A stretch of DNA of 64,000 nucleotides from Candidatus Aenigmatarchaeota archaeon (GCA_021163145.1 JAGGXH010000064.1:2197-66196); one strand, 5' to 3'. Shown: positions 1 through 10,133, counted from the stretch's first letter. The notes: a model not told the origin generated them from the sequence alone. Made by a program: numbers and translations.

Positions 1-837
1 ATAGATGATAGAACATTAAAAGAAGTAAAAGAATTAATTGAAGATATAAAAATTGAAGAAAATGGATCATTCAAAAGTAGGATTAGTAGAATTAGTGGTT
101 CTCAAATAGATAATAAATATGGAGTTCTTTTATTAGGAAGTATAACACGTTACGGACAAACACAACAAGTTGTGCTTCTCCCAAAAAATATTACTAATAA
201 ATTTAAGCCAATAAACCTTTTATATCCTTATTTAAAATATTTTGGTTTTGGTTCAGAGTTTGAATATGGCGAATATTATATTCGTTTTAATGAAAGAGAA
301 GACAAAAAAGATACAATAATTAATAGAGTTGCTGATAAAATTATAGATAACTATTCCTTAATACTTACACATTATGAGGGCTCTAAAATAAGAGAATCAG
401 ACGGTAGATTGATGGGTCATGAACATATAACAATAATTCCCACACAAGAATTTGAAGAAATGTATAACAATAATCCAGATAATATTGGAGAGGATGTTTC
501 ACTATTTTATAAGAAACTTGCTCAGGAAGATGATGTAATGGAAGCACTAGCTAAAATAAGATTAAGTTTTAGAAATGCATTTGATTATGATAAATTAGAA
601 GACCAAATTTTATTAAAACATGCATTTGCATTATTGGCAAGAGATGGACCAAAAGCAGAACCATTAATAACAATAAAAAACTTAGAAGAATTAGCACTAC
701 AAAATGAACAACAAAAGACAAAAGAAAAATATTCATATAAACAATTGGAAACAATATATCAAGAATTAGAGAAAATATTAGAATCAAAAGATAGTGTTTC
801 TAGAGAAGAATTTGAAGCTATAAAGAAAAAAATCTAA
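1..837 (+). CDS. hypothetical protein, 5'-truncated by window edge (frame open from nt 1; listed ORF 172..837 is its C-terminal part)
   Basis: Frame 1 is open from position 1 through the stop at 837; no recognisable motifs. Confidence 0.45.
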   Translation: MDDRTLKEVKELIEDIKIEENGSFKSRISRISGSQIDNKYGVLLLGSITRYGQTQQVVLLPKNITNKFKPINLLYPYLKYFGFGSEFEYGEYYIRFNEREDKKDTIINRVADKIIDNYSLILTHYEGSKIRESDGRLMGHEHITIIPTQEFEEMYNNNPDNIGEDVSLFYKKLAQEDDVMEALAKIRLSFRNAFDYDKLEDQILLKHAFALLARDGPKAEPLITIKNLEELALQNEQQKTKEKYSYKQLETIYQELEKILESKDSVSREEFEAIKKKI

Positions 838-898
838 ATATAAATAATAATAAATGATTAAGAGCATTTATCTGAATTTAGACAATAATAAAATATTA

Positions 899-1837
899 TT
901 AAATTATTCCTGTTTGTAGCAATATTAACAATATTCCAAATCCAGATGCAGTCATTATAACACTATGTTTAAATCCAGCTAAAACAGAGTTCTCACTTAT
1001 TTGCCCTGCAACTAATCCACTAAATATACCTTGTATTACAACCATCATTAAAAATAATGAATGATAATAACACAATGTTCCTGTACCTAAGCTAAACATC
1101 TTACAAACAAATCCAAATACAGAACATGAAATACAAAATATATGCTTTGCTCCAATGCAAGAAACACAAGGATCTTCAAATATCAATATTCCTCCAAATG
1201 TACCACCAGTACTTATATTAAGCATTGGAACAATGGTTTTTGATAAACCAATTATAATACCAATAAATATGAAATAAATAACATACATTACCGTAATATG
1301 TTGAATCATCATTGCTTTTCTTTCTTTTTCTATTTCTTTTAACTCAATTATATCATTTGCAGTTGATTCCATAGTCTTTCCTATATCTCCCCCAGATTCA
1401 TAAGATTCTACAATGATTCTTACTATTCTTTTTATTATTATAGAATCTTTCATTCTTTTTGAAAATCTTTCAAATACTTCTTTAACAGGAATGCCCCATG
1501 AAATTTGATTATTCATTTTTTTAATCTCTTTTGTAAGTACACCATAATCTTTTTTTGAAATTGTCTTAAGAGCACTAGGCAATGTCATACCTGTTTTCTG
1601 AGCTTCTGATAAATCTAATAAAAATCCAGGAATTTGATCTTCAATTGCTTTTATTTTTTGATACCTAAGATATGATATCATAATATATGGAATTGTTCCA
1701 ACAACAGATCCAAATAATATAAAGTTTCCAATTAGTGCTGCATTACCCCAGAAAACAATTATACCAAAAAATATTATTAATGCTGCAACTATCAGTGGAA
1801 TGTGCTGATAACTTATTTTTTTGAAATCAAATTTCAT
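899..1837 (-). CDS. TadC/FlaJ-like type II/IV secretion system F-domain membrane protein (second of tandem pair)
   Basis: Hydrophobic N-terminus, cytoplasmic T2SSF-like segment, C-terminal TM helices; start ATG follows the stop of the upstream paralog; downstream of the pilus ATPase on the same strand. Confidence 0.55.
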   Translation of the reverse strand: MKFDFKKISYQHIPLIVAALIIFFGIIVFWGNAALIGNFILFGSVVGTIPYIMISYLRYQKIKAIEDQIPGFLLDLSEAQKTGMTLPSALKTISKKDYGVLTKEIKKMNNQISWGIPVKEVFERFSKRMKDSIIIKRIVRIIVESYESGGDIGKTMESTANDIIELKEIEKERKAMMIQHITVMYVIYFIFIGIIIGLSKTIVPMLNISTGGTFGGILIFEDPCVSCIGAKHIFCISCSVFGFVCKMFSLGTGTLCYYHSLFLMMVVIQGIFSGLVAGQISENSVLAGFKHSVIMTASGFGILLILLQTGII

Positions 1838-2722
1838 TTATACACCTGGTGATATTGATTTTAATATTGCAATGAAAATTATTGATGCAGCAGGTAATCC
1901 AATAAATATTACTACAAATTGTAAAAATGAAAGCAAAAGATTTAACTCACCAGCTCCAAATATAGACATAAGTGCTGACATTATTATAAAAAATATAGAT
2001 CCAACCACTACTACAGTTAAATACATTTCAATCATTAAAGATAATGTTTCTGAATAAGATTTTAATTTTCTTCGATGTTCAGCCATGAACATTTTTGATT
2101 TTTCATGTAAAAAGTCACTTAAATTACCACCAGCTCTTATAACAGTATCTAATCCCCAAAGCAATTCCCTTAATTGTGAAGATGGAGTTTTATCAGCAGC
2201 TCTTTTTATTGAATTTAAAATATCCATGCCAAATGCTTCTACATCTCTTGTTATTTTTTCTGCTTCTTTACTTATTTCTCCATATTCTTTAAATTTTGCA
2301 AGAAGTTTAAACATTGTAACAGGCGGTGCTCCTGAAGAAGCTATTGTTGCCATATATGTTGTTGCAAATGGAAGTGCAGCATCAATATTTTTTTGTCTTT
2401 TCTTTGCAATAATATTAGGATATGTATAAAACATTAAAAATAATCCTAATTCAATAAATATACTTATTGTTAAAGAAAAAATAAGTGCAATTAATGCTTT
2501 ATGAAATATTAATGCTGATATTAAAACCAATAAAGGAAATTCTATTATAAAAATAATTAACATAACAAAGAATGTAACATAAACATATTCAATTAAGCTA
2601 AGACCAATATCTGATTTTGGTAAATCAGATCTTACACTTTCAAAATATTTTTCAAATGATTCAAGACTTTTACCAAAAAATTTAAATGAAGCATCTCTTA
2701 ATTTATTCCACATTAATATCAC
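1838..2722 (-). CDS. TadB/TadC/FlaJ-like T2SS F-domain membrane protein (first of tandem pair)
   Basis: Polytopic membrane protein with cytoplasmic helical domain typical of GspF/TadC; ATGA overlap with the upstream ATPase gene. Confidence 0.55.
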   Translation of the reverse strand: MILMWNKLRDASFKFFGKSLESFEKYFESVRSDLPKSDIGLSLIEYVYVTFFVMLIIFIIEFPLLVLISALIFHKALIALIFSLTISIFIELGLFLMFYTYPNIIAKKRQKNIDAALPFATTYMATIASSGAPPVTMFKLLAKFKEYGEISKEAEKITRDVEAFGMDILNSIKRAADKTPSSQLRELLWGLDTVIRAGGNLSDFLHEKSKMFMAEHRRKLKSYSETLSLMIEMYLTVVVVGSIFFIIMSALMSIFGAGELNLLLSFLQFVVIFIGLPAASIIFIAILKSISPGV

Positions 2723-5700
2723 TGAATTGAGCTCAATAAGTCTTCTGGACGAGTATAATATAATTTTACTATTTTTGCAAAATCTTTATAATTAGTTATA
2801 TCATGTTCAACAACCCAATTTAATATTTTTTCTCTTCTTGATAATTCTAATTTTAGAAAATCTTCTTTAACACCATATTGTTCAGATATTCTTTTGAAAA
2901 CAATAGATGGACTAACTGCCTTATAAGTGTCTGTAGATGGATCCCACTTAAATACCTCATTTATTATTGGTCTATTTTCTTTTCTATCATAACCTACTAT
3001 TTCATAAACATTACTTACTTTTCTAACATATCTATTCTTATATTTTATTTTTACTAAAAATATGATTACATCAAGAGCTTCTATTAGATTTTTTGGCAAA
3101 CTTATAGGTGGTGTTGTTAATCTATCTATTAATCTATCCATTGTATCTGCATGTATTGTTGCCATAGATGGGTGACCAGTATTATGTAATAAAACTCCTC
3201 CAAATCCACCAATGAATGTATTTATTCTTGGCACATATAAGTCATATACTGGTTCAGGATTCTTTAATTCAATAACTTCTATTGATTTAACCTTATCTCT
3301 ATAATAATCATCTTGATGTATTTTACCATAATGCTTATTCAATTTTGTATTATTTTTACATTTTACATACTTAAGAAATTTTTCTTGGAATTGTTTTGTA
3401 TAAAATCTAATTTCATATTCTATTTTATTTTGTTTTCTTAGTTTTTTAGCAATCCTTGCAACAATTCCAAATTTTAATAAAAGATAACATATATCATTTA
3501 TAAGTTCTTTTGATGAGCTTGAATAATAAAATTTATCTTTTTTAAATGATCCATCACCAGCCCATAATGCAGTCAAAAAATGACCGATTTCCTTATTTGG
3601 TAAATTAAATATGAAATCAGGGATTTTTTTATTTTTTGATCCATGTTTACAATATTTTTTCAATAATTCAAATATAATTCTATGATTAAATGTTAATTCT
3701 GTACACTTCCCCCATCCATAAATTATACGTTCTCTAGCTTTCTTTCCAGTTACTTTTTCAATACATTTTCTCATATCTTCGAGTATTTTTTTATTAGAAT
3801 TATATAAGCTAATTGAACAATTTCTTTTTTCAGTATTTAAACTTCCTTCTGAAATATAATAACCTATTAATCTTAATAATTCAGGAGTTGGTTTTAATTT
3901 GGCTGGTAGCATTGGAGAATTACCGCCTCTGAATTTGACTTTGATATTTTTTAATTCCTTTCTCCAATCTATGTTAGCTTTTTTCATAAGTTTTATAAAT
4001 TTCTCAGATTTAATTGCACAATTATTTACACCATAATAATGAGAAATACATGAAACATTTGCAATCTTACTAGCTTCTTTAAAACCAAGTTTTTTACTAG
4101 CTTTTTTAATTAGTTCTGGAGAATATACTCTGATATTTTTAAACATTTTAATTAAATCTAAATCTTTAATCTCATTAGAGCTTGGCAATTTAGCAGGTAT
4201 TATAATTTCACTTCCAACTTTTAAATCTTGAACCATAATTGGAATAATTTTACCATCATATGTAAATACGGAATGTGCAGATGTTGCTATAATTTCTCTT
4301 CCTGATTTTGTTATAATTTTATATAATTTATCTACAGCTCTATGTTTTATTTTATATTTTATAGGTAATGTGCTCACTTTACCTGTAAATGGATCTAAGG
4401 TTGGTATGTTATATTGAATGCCAAATTTAAGGTTTTCTATAGCAGTTTTCTTTAAACAATTATTATCAAAATATAATACAGTTTCATATCCTGGTATTGA
4501 AGCAATTTGCTGGAATAATACATATGCTTCTTTACCTCTTACTTCACCAACAATCAAATAATCAGGTCTTTGTCTTAAGGATTCTTTAAGTAAATCAAAT
4601 AAGTCAACTTCTCCAATCTTTTTAGCACCAACTTCACTTATAGAAGTTCTAGCAACAGTTGGTACCCAATGTGGTAAAGGTAGTGATAATTCTGGTGTAT
4701 CTTCTATAGAAACAACCTTTAAATTAGGATTAATAAATAGTGATAATGCATTTAATAAAGATGTTTTACCAGAAGCAGTTCCACCTGATATTAATATTGA
4801 TCTTCCATATTCAATTAAAATCCATAAATATGATGTAAGCTTTTTATCAAGTGTACCAAAGTTTATAATATGTGTTGGAGTTAAAGGTTCTTTTGTAAAT
4901 TTTCTAATTGTTATATTGCTTCCTCTTCTTGCAATATCTGTTCCTAGTGTTGCTTGAACTCTTGATCCATCTGGTAATGCACCTTGTAACAATGGATTTG
5001 CAACAGATATTGACTTTCCACATCTTTGTGCAAGTTTATTTACAAATGTATCTAATTCATCAGCAGTTTCAAACATAATATTTGTTTTAACACTTCCAAC
5101 TAATGGATTTCTATGATAAATATATATTGGTATTCCAACTCCATCACATGATATATCTTCTATATCAGGATCTTGCATTAATGGTTCTATTTTACCCAAT
5201 CCTATAAAATCTCTTTCAATATAGTATAATAATGCATTTTGTTTTTCAATAGGAAGATCTTTGGCCATTAGCTTTACCATTTCTTTAAATTTTTCAACAA
5301 GATATTCTTTTGCTTCACCTTTTTTTAGAGTTGTAAAATCAACATCAAGCTTTTCTACTAATTCTTGTTTTATTTTTTCTAATAATTTTTTCTCTTGTTC
5401 AGTAAGTTCAGGCTCATAAACATAATAAACTAAAGAAGAATCTGCAATAGACCACTTTATATGTGCCCATGCATATGGATTTTTAGAATTTCTTGGTATT
5501 AATGCATATTTTATATTTACTTTTGTTAAATCTTCTTCCATATCTTTAAGCTTAGGCATTCTTATTGCTGAAGGCGCTTCTATTAATGATATTCCTTTTT
5601 CTATTGTTTCTGATGGTTTTGGCTTAACTTCTTCTCTTCTAAACCCTTCTTGTTGCACTTGTTGTATAATTATAGGTTGCTGAATAGTTTGTTTTTGTAT

Positions 5701-5787
5701 TACTGGTTTCTCTTCTTTTTCTTTCTTTTTCTTTGCACCTACAATAGCTTTTCTAATGACCTTTTTCATTGAAATTTTTTTCTTCAA
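2719..5787 (-). CDS. FlaI/TadA/VirB11-family type IV pilus assembly ATPase, intein-containing (1022 aa; extein ~582 aa)
   Basis: Walker A GGTASGKTS, IEDTPEL (Asp box), VGEVRGKEAYVLFQ...TGHPSMATIHAD His box; the conserved LFQA[IM]xTGH motif is interrupted between QIA and TGH by a 440-aa insert with LAGLIDADG motifs. Confidence 0.85.
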   Translation of the reverse strand: MKKKISMKKVIRKAIVGAKKKKEKEEKPVIQKQTIQQPIIIQQVQQEGFRREEVKPKPSETIEKGISLIEAPSAIRMPKLKDMEEDLTKVNIKYALIPRNSKNPYAWAHIKWSIADSSLVYYVYEPELTEQEKKLLEKIKQELVEKLDVDFTTLKKGEAKEYLVEKFKEMVKLMAKDLPIEKQNALLYYIERDFIGLGKIEPLMQDPDIEDISCDGVGIPIYIYHRNPLVGSVKTNIMFETADELDTFVNKLAQRCGKSISVANPLLQGALPDGSRVQATLGTDIARRGSNITIRKFTKEPLTPTHIINFGTLDKKLTSYLWILIEYGRSILISGGTASGKTSLLNALSLFINPNLKVVSIEDTPELSLPLPHWVPTVARTSISEVGAKKIGEVDLFDLLKESLRQRPDYLIVGEVRGKEAYVLFQQIASIPGYETVLYFDNNCLKKTAIENLKFGIQYNIPTLDPFTGKVSTLPIKYKIKHRAVDKLYKIITKSGREIIATSAHSVFTYDGKIIPIMVQDLKVGSEIIIPAKLPSSNEIKDLDLIKMFKNIRVYSPELIKKASKKLGFKEASKIANVSCISHYYGVNNCAIKSEKFIKLMKKANIDWRKELKNIKVKFRGGNSPMLPAKLKPTPELLRLIGYYISEGSLNTEKRNCSISLYNSNKKILEDMRKCIEKVTGKKARERIIYGWGKCTELTFNHRIIFELLKKYCKHGSKNKKIPDFIFNLPNKEIGHFLTALWAGDGSFKKDKFYYSSSSKELINDICYLLLKFGIVARIAKKLRKQNKIEYEIRFYTKQFQEKFLKYVKCKNNTKLNKHYGKIHQDDYYRDKVKSIEVIELKNPEPVYDLYVPRINTFIGGFGGVLLHNTGHPSMATIHADTMDRLIDRLTTPPISLPKNLIEALDVIIFLVKIKYKNRYVRKVSNVYEIVGYDRKENRPIINEVFKWDPSTDTYKAVSPSIVFKRISEQYGVKEDFLKLELSRREKILNWVVEHDITNYKDFAKIVKLYYTRPEDLLSSIQ
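3181..4500 (-). mobile_element. Intein (Ser1...His-Asn, +1 Thr) with LAGLIDADG homing-endonuclease domain inside the pilus ATPase
   Basis: Residues S430-N869 of the ORF: block A-like SIPGYETV, LAGLIDADG motifs LIGYYISEGS and FLTALWAGDGSF, C-terminal VLLHN then T; removing it restores LFQQIA|TGH matching FlaI/GspE consensus; N869 codon at 3181..3183 verified in the DNA. Confidence 0.7.
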
Positions 5788-6203
5788 CTTAATACAACCC
5801 CATCTTTATTTGCAATAATATTGATTTTACCTCTTGTACTATAAATAATTCCATCTGATTCTATATTTATGTTATATAAATTTAGAATTTTACCAATATT
5901 ATAATTATCGGTAGAATTGATATTAAGGCCATTTTCCAGTATTCTAATTGTATAAATACTACCAGATAATTTTGGAGGTATATTAATTTCATATTTTATA
6001 TTACTATTTGTATTTTTAGCTCCATAATATATTCTAATAATATTGCTTCTTATCATTTCAGATACTCTATCTATTTGTCCTTGAAGTGCTGTATCCTTTA
6101 ATTTTGAATTTATATCATTAAATGTAAAATATATCCCTATTACAAGTGATATACCAATTGCAAAGAATATTACATATTCAACTGTTAAATACTGACCTTT
6201 CAT
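5784..6203 (-). CDS. type IV pilin-like protein (class III signal peptide)
   Basis: N-terminus MKG|QYLTVEYVIFFAIGISLVIGIYF (short charged leader then hydrophobic helix); immediately upstream of the ATPase. Confidence 0.5.
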   Translation of the reverse strand: MKGQYLTVEYVIFFAIGISLVIGIYFTFNDINSKLKDTALQGQIDRVSEMIRSNIIRIYYGAKNTNSNIKYEINIPPKLSGSIYTIRILENGLNINSTDNYNIGKILNLYNINIESDGIIYSTRGKINIIANKDGVVLS

Positions 6204-6236
6204 ATAACATTAATTATTGTTACCTTATTATTAAAG

Positions 6237-6734
6237 TTATTCAAGGATAACCTTTATTTTAATAATAAAATTTGGATCATATATTACTTCACTTTTCTGA
6301 ATTTTTATTTTTCTAGGATTAGCTAATGTTGGACCATCAGTAATAAATTTAATAGAATAATCATTTTCTGGATATTCTATCTTTATTAATATTAAATTCC
6401 CTTCTTTTTTTTCTCTTATAACACCATCTTCAGTTATATTTATCCATTGTTCAGGAATATCTATATTTATAGTATCTTTAAATTCAATTGCATAATCATC
6501 TAAGATTATAACAGTTGCCGGATAATTATATTCAAGTTCAGCTTCACCACCAAATTTTATCACATCTTTTATTACAGAATCTAATTTAATTGCAAAATTT
6601 TCCAATTCATTTAACTTGTTTATATCTTGGTTTTTTTGTATAATTCCCTGGCTCCATATAAATGATGATATAAATAACACTAATCCAATTAAAAAAAGAG
6701 AAACAAAAATAATAATTTCGCTTTGTGCTTTCAT
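6237..6734 (-). CDS. type IV pilin-like protein
   Basis: N-terminus MKAQSEIIIFVSLFLIGLVLFISS, class-III-signal-like. Confidence 0.45.
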   Translation of the reverse strand: MKAQSEIIIFVSLFLIGLVLFISSFIWSQGIIQKNQDINKLNELENFAIKLDSVIKDVIKFGGEAELEYNYPATVIILDDYAIEFKDTINIDIPEQWINITEDGVIREKKEGNLILIKIEYPENDYSIKFITDGPTLANPRKIKIQKSEVIYDPNFIIKIKVILE

Positions 6735-6765
6735 GATAAATTATTCACAGACTTTGTATATAACT

Positions 6766-7227
6766 TTATACTCCTGCTTCTGGACATTCAAGTGTTTCTG
6801 ATTTATCAAGTCCTGTTTCTGTTGTTAGTTTTATTGTATGTGTTCCTGTACAACCTTCATAATCTGTTGTTAATGTAGCTACTTCTCCTGCTCTAATAGA
6901 TGTAATTTTTTCTTCTGTTTCCTCATCTACAGGAAGATTAAAATCAGTTATTTCACCATCAATATACATAGCTATTTTAGTTAAATCAATATCAGTTGTT
7001 CCTATATTTCTTATTGTTACTGATATTTGTCCTTTATCACTGTTGTATGTTGCAACTTCTATGTCAAAATCTGTTGCAATTTTCTCTGAAACACCTTCTG
7101 CAGCTTTTCCAACACCTTTAGTAATGCTTCCAAATACATCACTAAACCACACATAAGCTGCAGCTGCCAATGCTACAGTTATCATTAATATTAAGACAAC
7201 TGCAATTACAGCTGATACTGCTTTCAT
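6766..7227 (-). CDS. archaeal type IV pilin (archaeal pilin N-terminal domain)
   Basis: MKA|VSAVIAVVLILMITVALAAAAYVWF is typical of archaeal class III signal / pilin N-domain. Confidence 0.6.
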   Translation of the reverse strand: MKAVSAVIAVVLILMITVALAAAAYVWFSDVFGSITKGVGKAAEGVSEKIATDFDIEVATYNSDKGQISVTIRNIGTTDIDLTKIAMYIDGEITDFNLPVDEETEEKITSIRAGEVATLTTDYEGCTGTHTIKLTTETGLDKSETLECPEAGV

Positions 7228-7233
7228 ATTATA

Positions 7234-7737
7234 TCAACCTCTTTTTTTTAATTTTATGTTTGGATAAGATGATAATAAAGCTGAAACAGGTGTACCTCTT
7301 TTTATTTTCTTATTAATTGTTTCAAGTGCTTCCATAATAGCAGTATTATTTTCAATTAGTTTTTTATTTTCTTCAGACAGTTTTTTAATTTCTTCAATTA
7401 ATGGTTTAATAGATTCAGTACCAGGACCAACAATTTCTTCTGATCCAGCTGTTTCAATAAGATCCATAAAATCTTTCATTGTTTCAATTAATTCATCAAT
7501 TTTTTTAGGTATCTTAGATAATTCAATTCTTAAATCAGAATTTGCTTTTACTATTTCATTTATAATATTTTGATTTGTTTTTACAAGTTCAATTATTTGA
7601 GTTATTAATGATTGTAATTGTGGTATTGTACCTGCTTTTTCCAATACTTCTACTCTTTTTTGAAGTCTTCTTAAAGGGGTTACTGGTATTATCTCATAAC
7701 CTTCTTTAGTCTCTGAAAGTTCTACTTCATCTTTCAT
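7234..7737 (-). CDS. hypothetical coiled-coil protein
   Basis: Heptad-rich sequence, no catalytic motifs; sits between pilin genes and thermosome. Confidence 0.35.
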   Translation of the reverse strand: MKDEVELSETKEGYEIIPVTPLRRLQKRVEVLEKAGTIPQLQSLITQIIELVKTNQNIINEIVKANSDLRIELSKIPKKIDELIETMKDFMDLIETAGSEEIVGPGTESIKPLIEEIKKLSEENKKLIENNTAIMEALETINKKIKRGTPVSALLSSYPNIKLKKRG

Positions 7738-7800
7738 AACTTAATTTTTAATAATCCTTCTATATAAATCTATCTAAAAAACACTATTTAGAAAATAAAA

Positions 7801-9432
7801 TTAATATGGTGGCATACCACCCATACCAGACATGCCACCAGATGAACCAGAATCTTTATTTAATTTACTTGCAGCTATTATATCATCAATTCTCAATATC
7901 ATTTCAGCTGCTTCTGATGCTGATTTTATTGCCTGAGTCTTTATTTTCAAAGGCTCAATAACACCTCTTTCTTTCATATCAATAATTTTTCCATTATAAA
8001 CATCTATACCAGCATTTACATTTCCTTTTTCATGCTCAGCTCTTAAGTTTACTAATATATCAATTGGATCTAGTCCTGCATTTTCTGCAAGTGTTCGTGG
8101 GATTATTTCCATTGCATCTGCAAATGCTTGTATTGCTAGTTGTTCTCTACCAGAATATTTTTGTGAGAAATCTCTTAAACCTTTTGCAACCTCTTCTTCA
8201 GGTGACCCACCACCTGCTAATATCTTTCCTACCTCAATTGCTGATGCTATTCCACCAATTGCATCTTTTAGTGCTCTTTCAACTTCTTCAGTGTTGTGTT
8301 CAGTTCCACCTCTTATTAATATAGATACTGCTTTTGGATCTTTACATTCTCTTACAAAAATCATATTATCTCCAGCAATTTTCTTTTCTTCAACTAATCC
8401 TGCAAAACCTAAATCATTTTCAGATATATCTGATAGATTTGACAGTATTTTTCCACCTGTTGCTCTTGCAAGTTTTTCCATATCAGATTTCTTAACTCTT
8501 CTTGCTGTTAATATATCAGCTTTTGCAAGGTAATGTTGTGCAACATCATCAATACCTTTTTGACATAATAATACATTACATCCAGAATCAATTACCTTAT
8601 CTACCATATTTTTTAACATTTTCTCTTCTTGTTCCATGAATTTTTGCAATTGTTCTGGTGATGTTATTTGTATTTGAGAATCAGTTTCCATTTTTTCAAT
8701 TTCTAATGATTTATCTAATAGCAATATTTTTGCATTTTCAACTTTTCTTGGCATAGATGGATGAACAATTTCTTTATCTATTATAATTCCTTTTATTAAT
8801 TCTGTGTCTTCTGAGCTTCCACCTTGCTTTTTTTCTAATTGAATATTGTCTTGATTTACTTTATTATCAGAGATAACAGATTTAACAGCTTCAACAGCTA
8901 TTGATGCTAAATGTTCTGAAGCTTTTTCAGTTCCTTTTCCTGTCATTGCTGTTATTGCAATTTTTTTAAGTGTCTCTGTATCATCAGGTGTTATTTTTTC
9001 TGATATATTTTCTAATATTTTTAATGCTTCTTTATTTGCTAATTTAAATCCTTTTGTAATAATAGTTGGATGAACATTTTGCTCAATTAACTCACCTGCT
9101 TTTTTCAAAAATTCTCCTGCTAATACTGCTGCAGTTGTTGTTCCATCTCCTACTTCTTCATCTTGTGTTTTTGCAACTTCTAGCAGCATTTTTCCAGCAG
9201 GATGTTCTATCTGCATTTCTTCTAATATAGTAACACCATCATTTGTAATTACTATATCACCTAATGAATCAACAAGCATTTTATCCATACCTTTTGGTCC
9301 TAATGTTGTTCTAACAGCATCTGCTACTTGTTTAGCTGCAGCTATATTTGCAGCTTGTGCACCTTTTCCTAATGTTCTTAATGTTCCTTCTGGTAGAACC
9401 AAAATAGGTTGGTTAGCTTGTTGAGTATTCAT
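7801..9432 (-). CDS. ths: thermosome subunit (group II chaperonin)
   Basis: [26 protein letters not shown]-repeat C-terminal tail. Confidence 0.9.
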   Translation of the reverse strand: MNTQQANQPILVLPEGTLRTLGKGAQAANIAAAKQVADAVRTTLGPKGMDKMLVDSLGDIVITNDGVTILEEMQIEHPAGKMLLEVAKTQDEEVGDGTTTAAVLAGEFLKKAGELIEQNVHPTIITKGFKLANKEALKILENISEKITPDDTETLKKIAITAMTGKGTEKASEHLASIAVEAVKSVISDNKVNQDNIQLEKKQGGSSEDTELIKGIIIDKEIVHPSMPRKVENAKILLLDKSLEIEKMETDSQIQITSPEQLQKFMEQEEKMLKNMVDKVIDSGCNVLLCQKGIDDVAQHYLAKADILTARRVKKSDMEKLARATGGKILSNLSDISENDLGFAGLVEEKKIAGDNMIFVRECKDPKAVSILIRGGTEHNTEEVERALKDAIGGIASAIEVGKILAGGGSPEEEVAKGLRDFSQKYSGREQLAIQAFADAMEIIPRTLAENAGLDPIDILVNLRAEHEKGNVNAGIDVYNGKIIDMKERGVIEPLKIKTQAIKSASEAAEMILRIDDIIAASKLNKDSGSSGGMSGMGGMPPY

Positions 9433-9507
9433 TACATCACCTCATAAATGTCATATTATTGAAATAGCTATTATAAATCTATTAAATCTAACCTTTTTAA
9501 ACTTTAA

Positions 9508-9888
9508 TTATTGTCCTAGAATTTCTCTTGCTTTTGCAAGATTATCAACTTTAAAAGCTATATTAACTGTTCCTTTATTTCGATCCAGAAGAAATATAGA
9601 TTGTATATTGATTCCAAGATTTGCTAATATTCTTGAAAATTTTGCTAATTCACCTGGTTTATCTAATAATTTTGCAGGAATTATTTCAAATTCGTTGAAA
9701 TCATGTCCTGCTTTTTTTAAAGCTTCTCTTGTTAAATCTTCATTATCTGTTATAAATTTTATTATACCATGATCACCCCTCTCTTCTGTAGCAATTGCTT
9801 TTAGACTTACACCTGCTGCTGCAATTGCTTCTGTTACATTTGCTAAATCACCAATATTATTTTTTACTTTAACTTCAAATTGTCTCAT
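9508..9888 (-). CDS. ACT-domain protein
   Basis: Two short ACT-like beta-alpha-beta-beta-alpha-beta repeats (IGDLANVTEAIAAAGVSL...; PGELAKFSRILANLGINI). Confidence 0.5.
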   Translation of the reverse strand: MRQFEVKVKNNIGDLANVTEAIAAAGVSLKAIATEERGDHGIIKFITDNEDLTREALKKAGHDFNEFEIIPAKLLDKPGELAKFSRILANLGINIQSIFLLDRNKGTVNIAFKVDNLAKAREILGQ

Positions 9889-9982
9889 AATAATAATTGA
9901 TTAAAAAGATATTTAAATTAAAAATTCTTAAGATATTGATAATTTATAAGTGATTATATTTTCTGAATTATTATTAAATCTT

Positions 9983-9996
9983 TTTAAAGATATAAT
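9983..9996 (+). promoter_or_regulatory. putative TATA box for tRNA-Ile(UAU)
   Basis: tttaaagatataat about 20-33 nt upstream of tRNA position 1; background is AT-rich so specificity is low. Confidence 0.2.
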
Positions 9997-10015
9997 ATAT
10001 TAATAATTAATACAT

Positions 10016-10133
10016 GGGCGGGTAGCTTAGCTTGGTTAGAGCGCTAGTCTTATAAATTAGCATTTAGCTAATTTTTTTGGCTATGCTCAATAAAAACTAG
10101 AGGTCGGGAGTTCAAATCTCCCCTCGCCCACCA
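10016..10133 (+). tRNA. tRNA-Ile (anticodon UAU) with ~40-nt canonical-position (37/38) intron
   Basis: Acceptor GGGCGGG/CUCGCCC+ACCA, D-arm GCUU/GAGC, anticodon stem CUAGU/ACUAG, loop CUUAUA|A (anticodon TAT at 10051..10053), intron ~10055..10094 forming hairpin attagc/gctaat, variable AGGUC, T-arm GGGAG-UUCAAAU-CUCCC. Confidence 0.75.

Noticed and set aside
569-787. Numerous 60-140 aa ORFs antisense to or embedded within the annotated genes, all low-complexity I/L/F/K-rich (e.g. 569..787, 2085..2429, 6616..6801, 8064..8533, 10577..10798, 11860..12240, 12807..13231, 26354..26558, 43313..43635, 44473..44776, 51480..51692, 52487..53038, 58458..58673, 61085..61330)
   Set aside because: Expected by chance in a highly AT-rich genome on the strand opposite real genes; no motifs; they overlap strongly supported CDSs
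3181-4500. Alternative intein N-terminus at Cys444 (nt 4458) or a KlbA-type Ala1 intein starting at A429
   Set aside because: Either choice leaves an extein that does not match the LFQ-xxx-TGH spacing of secretion ATPases; the Ser430 start restores it exactly. Noted as residual uncertainty of about 14 codons
899-7227. Archaellum (fla) operon interpretation for the ATPase/pilin locus
   Set aside because: No FlaH (KaiC-like), FlaF/FlaG or canonical flagellin genes present; composition fits a type IV adhesive pilus instead
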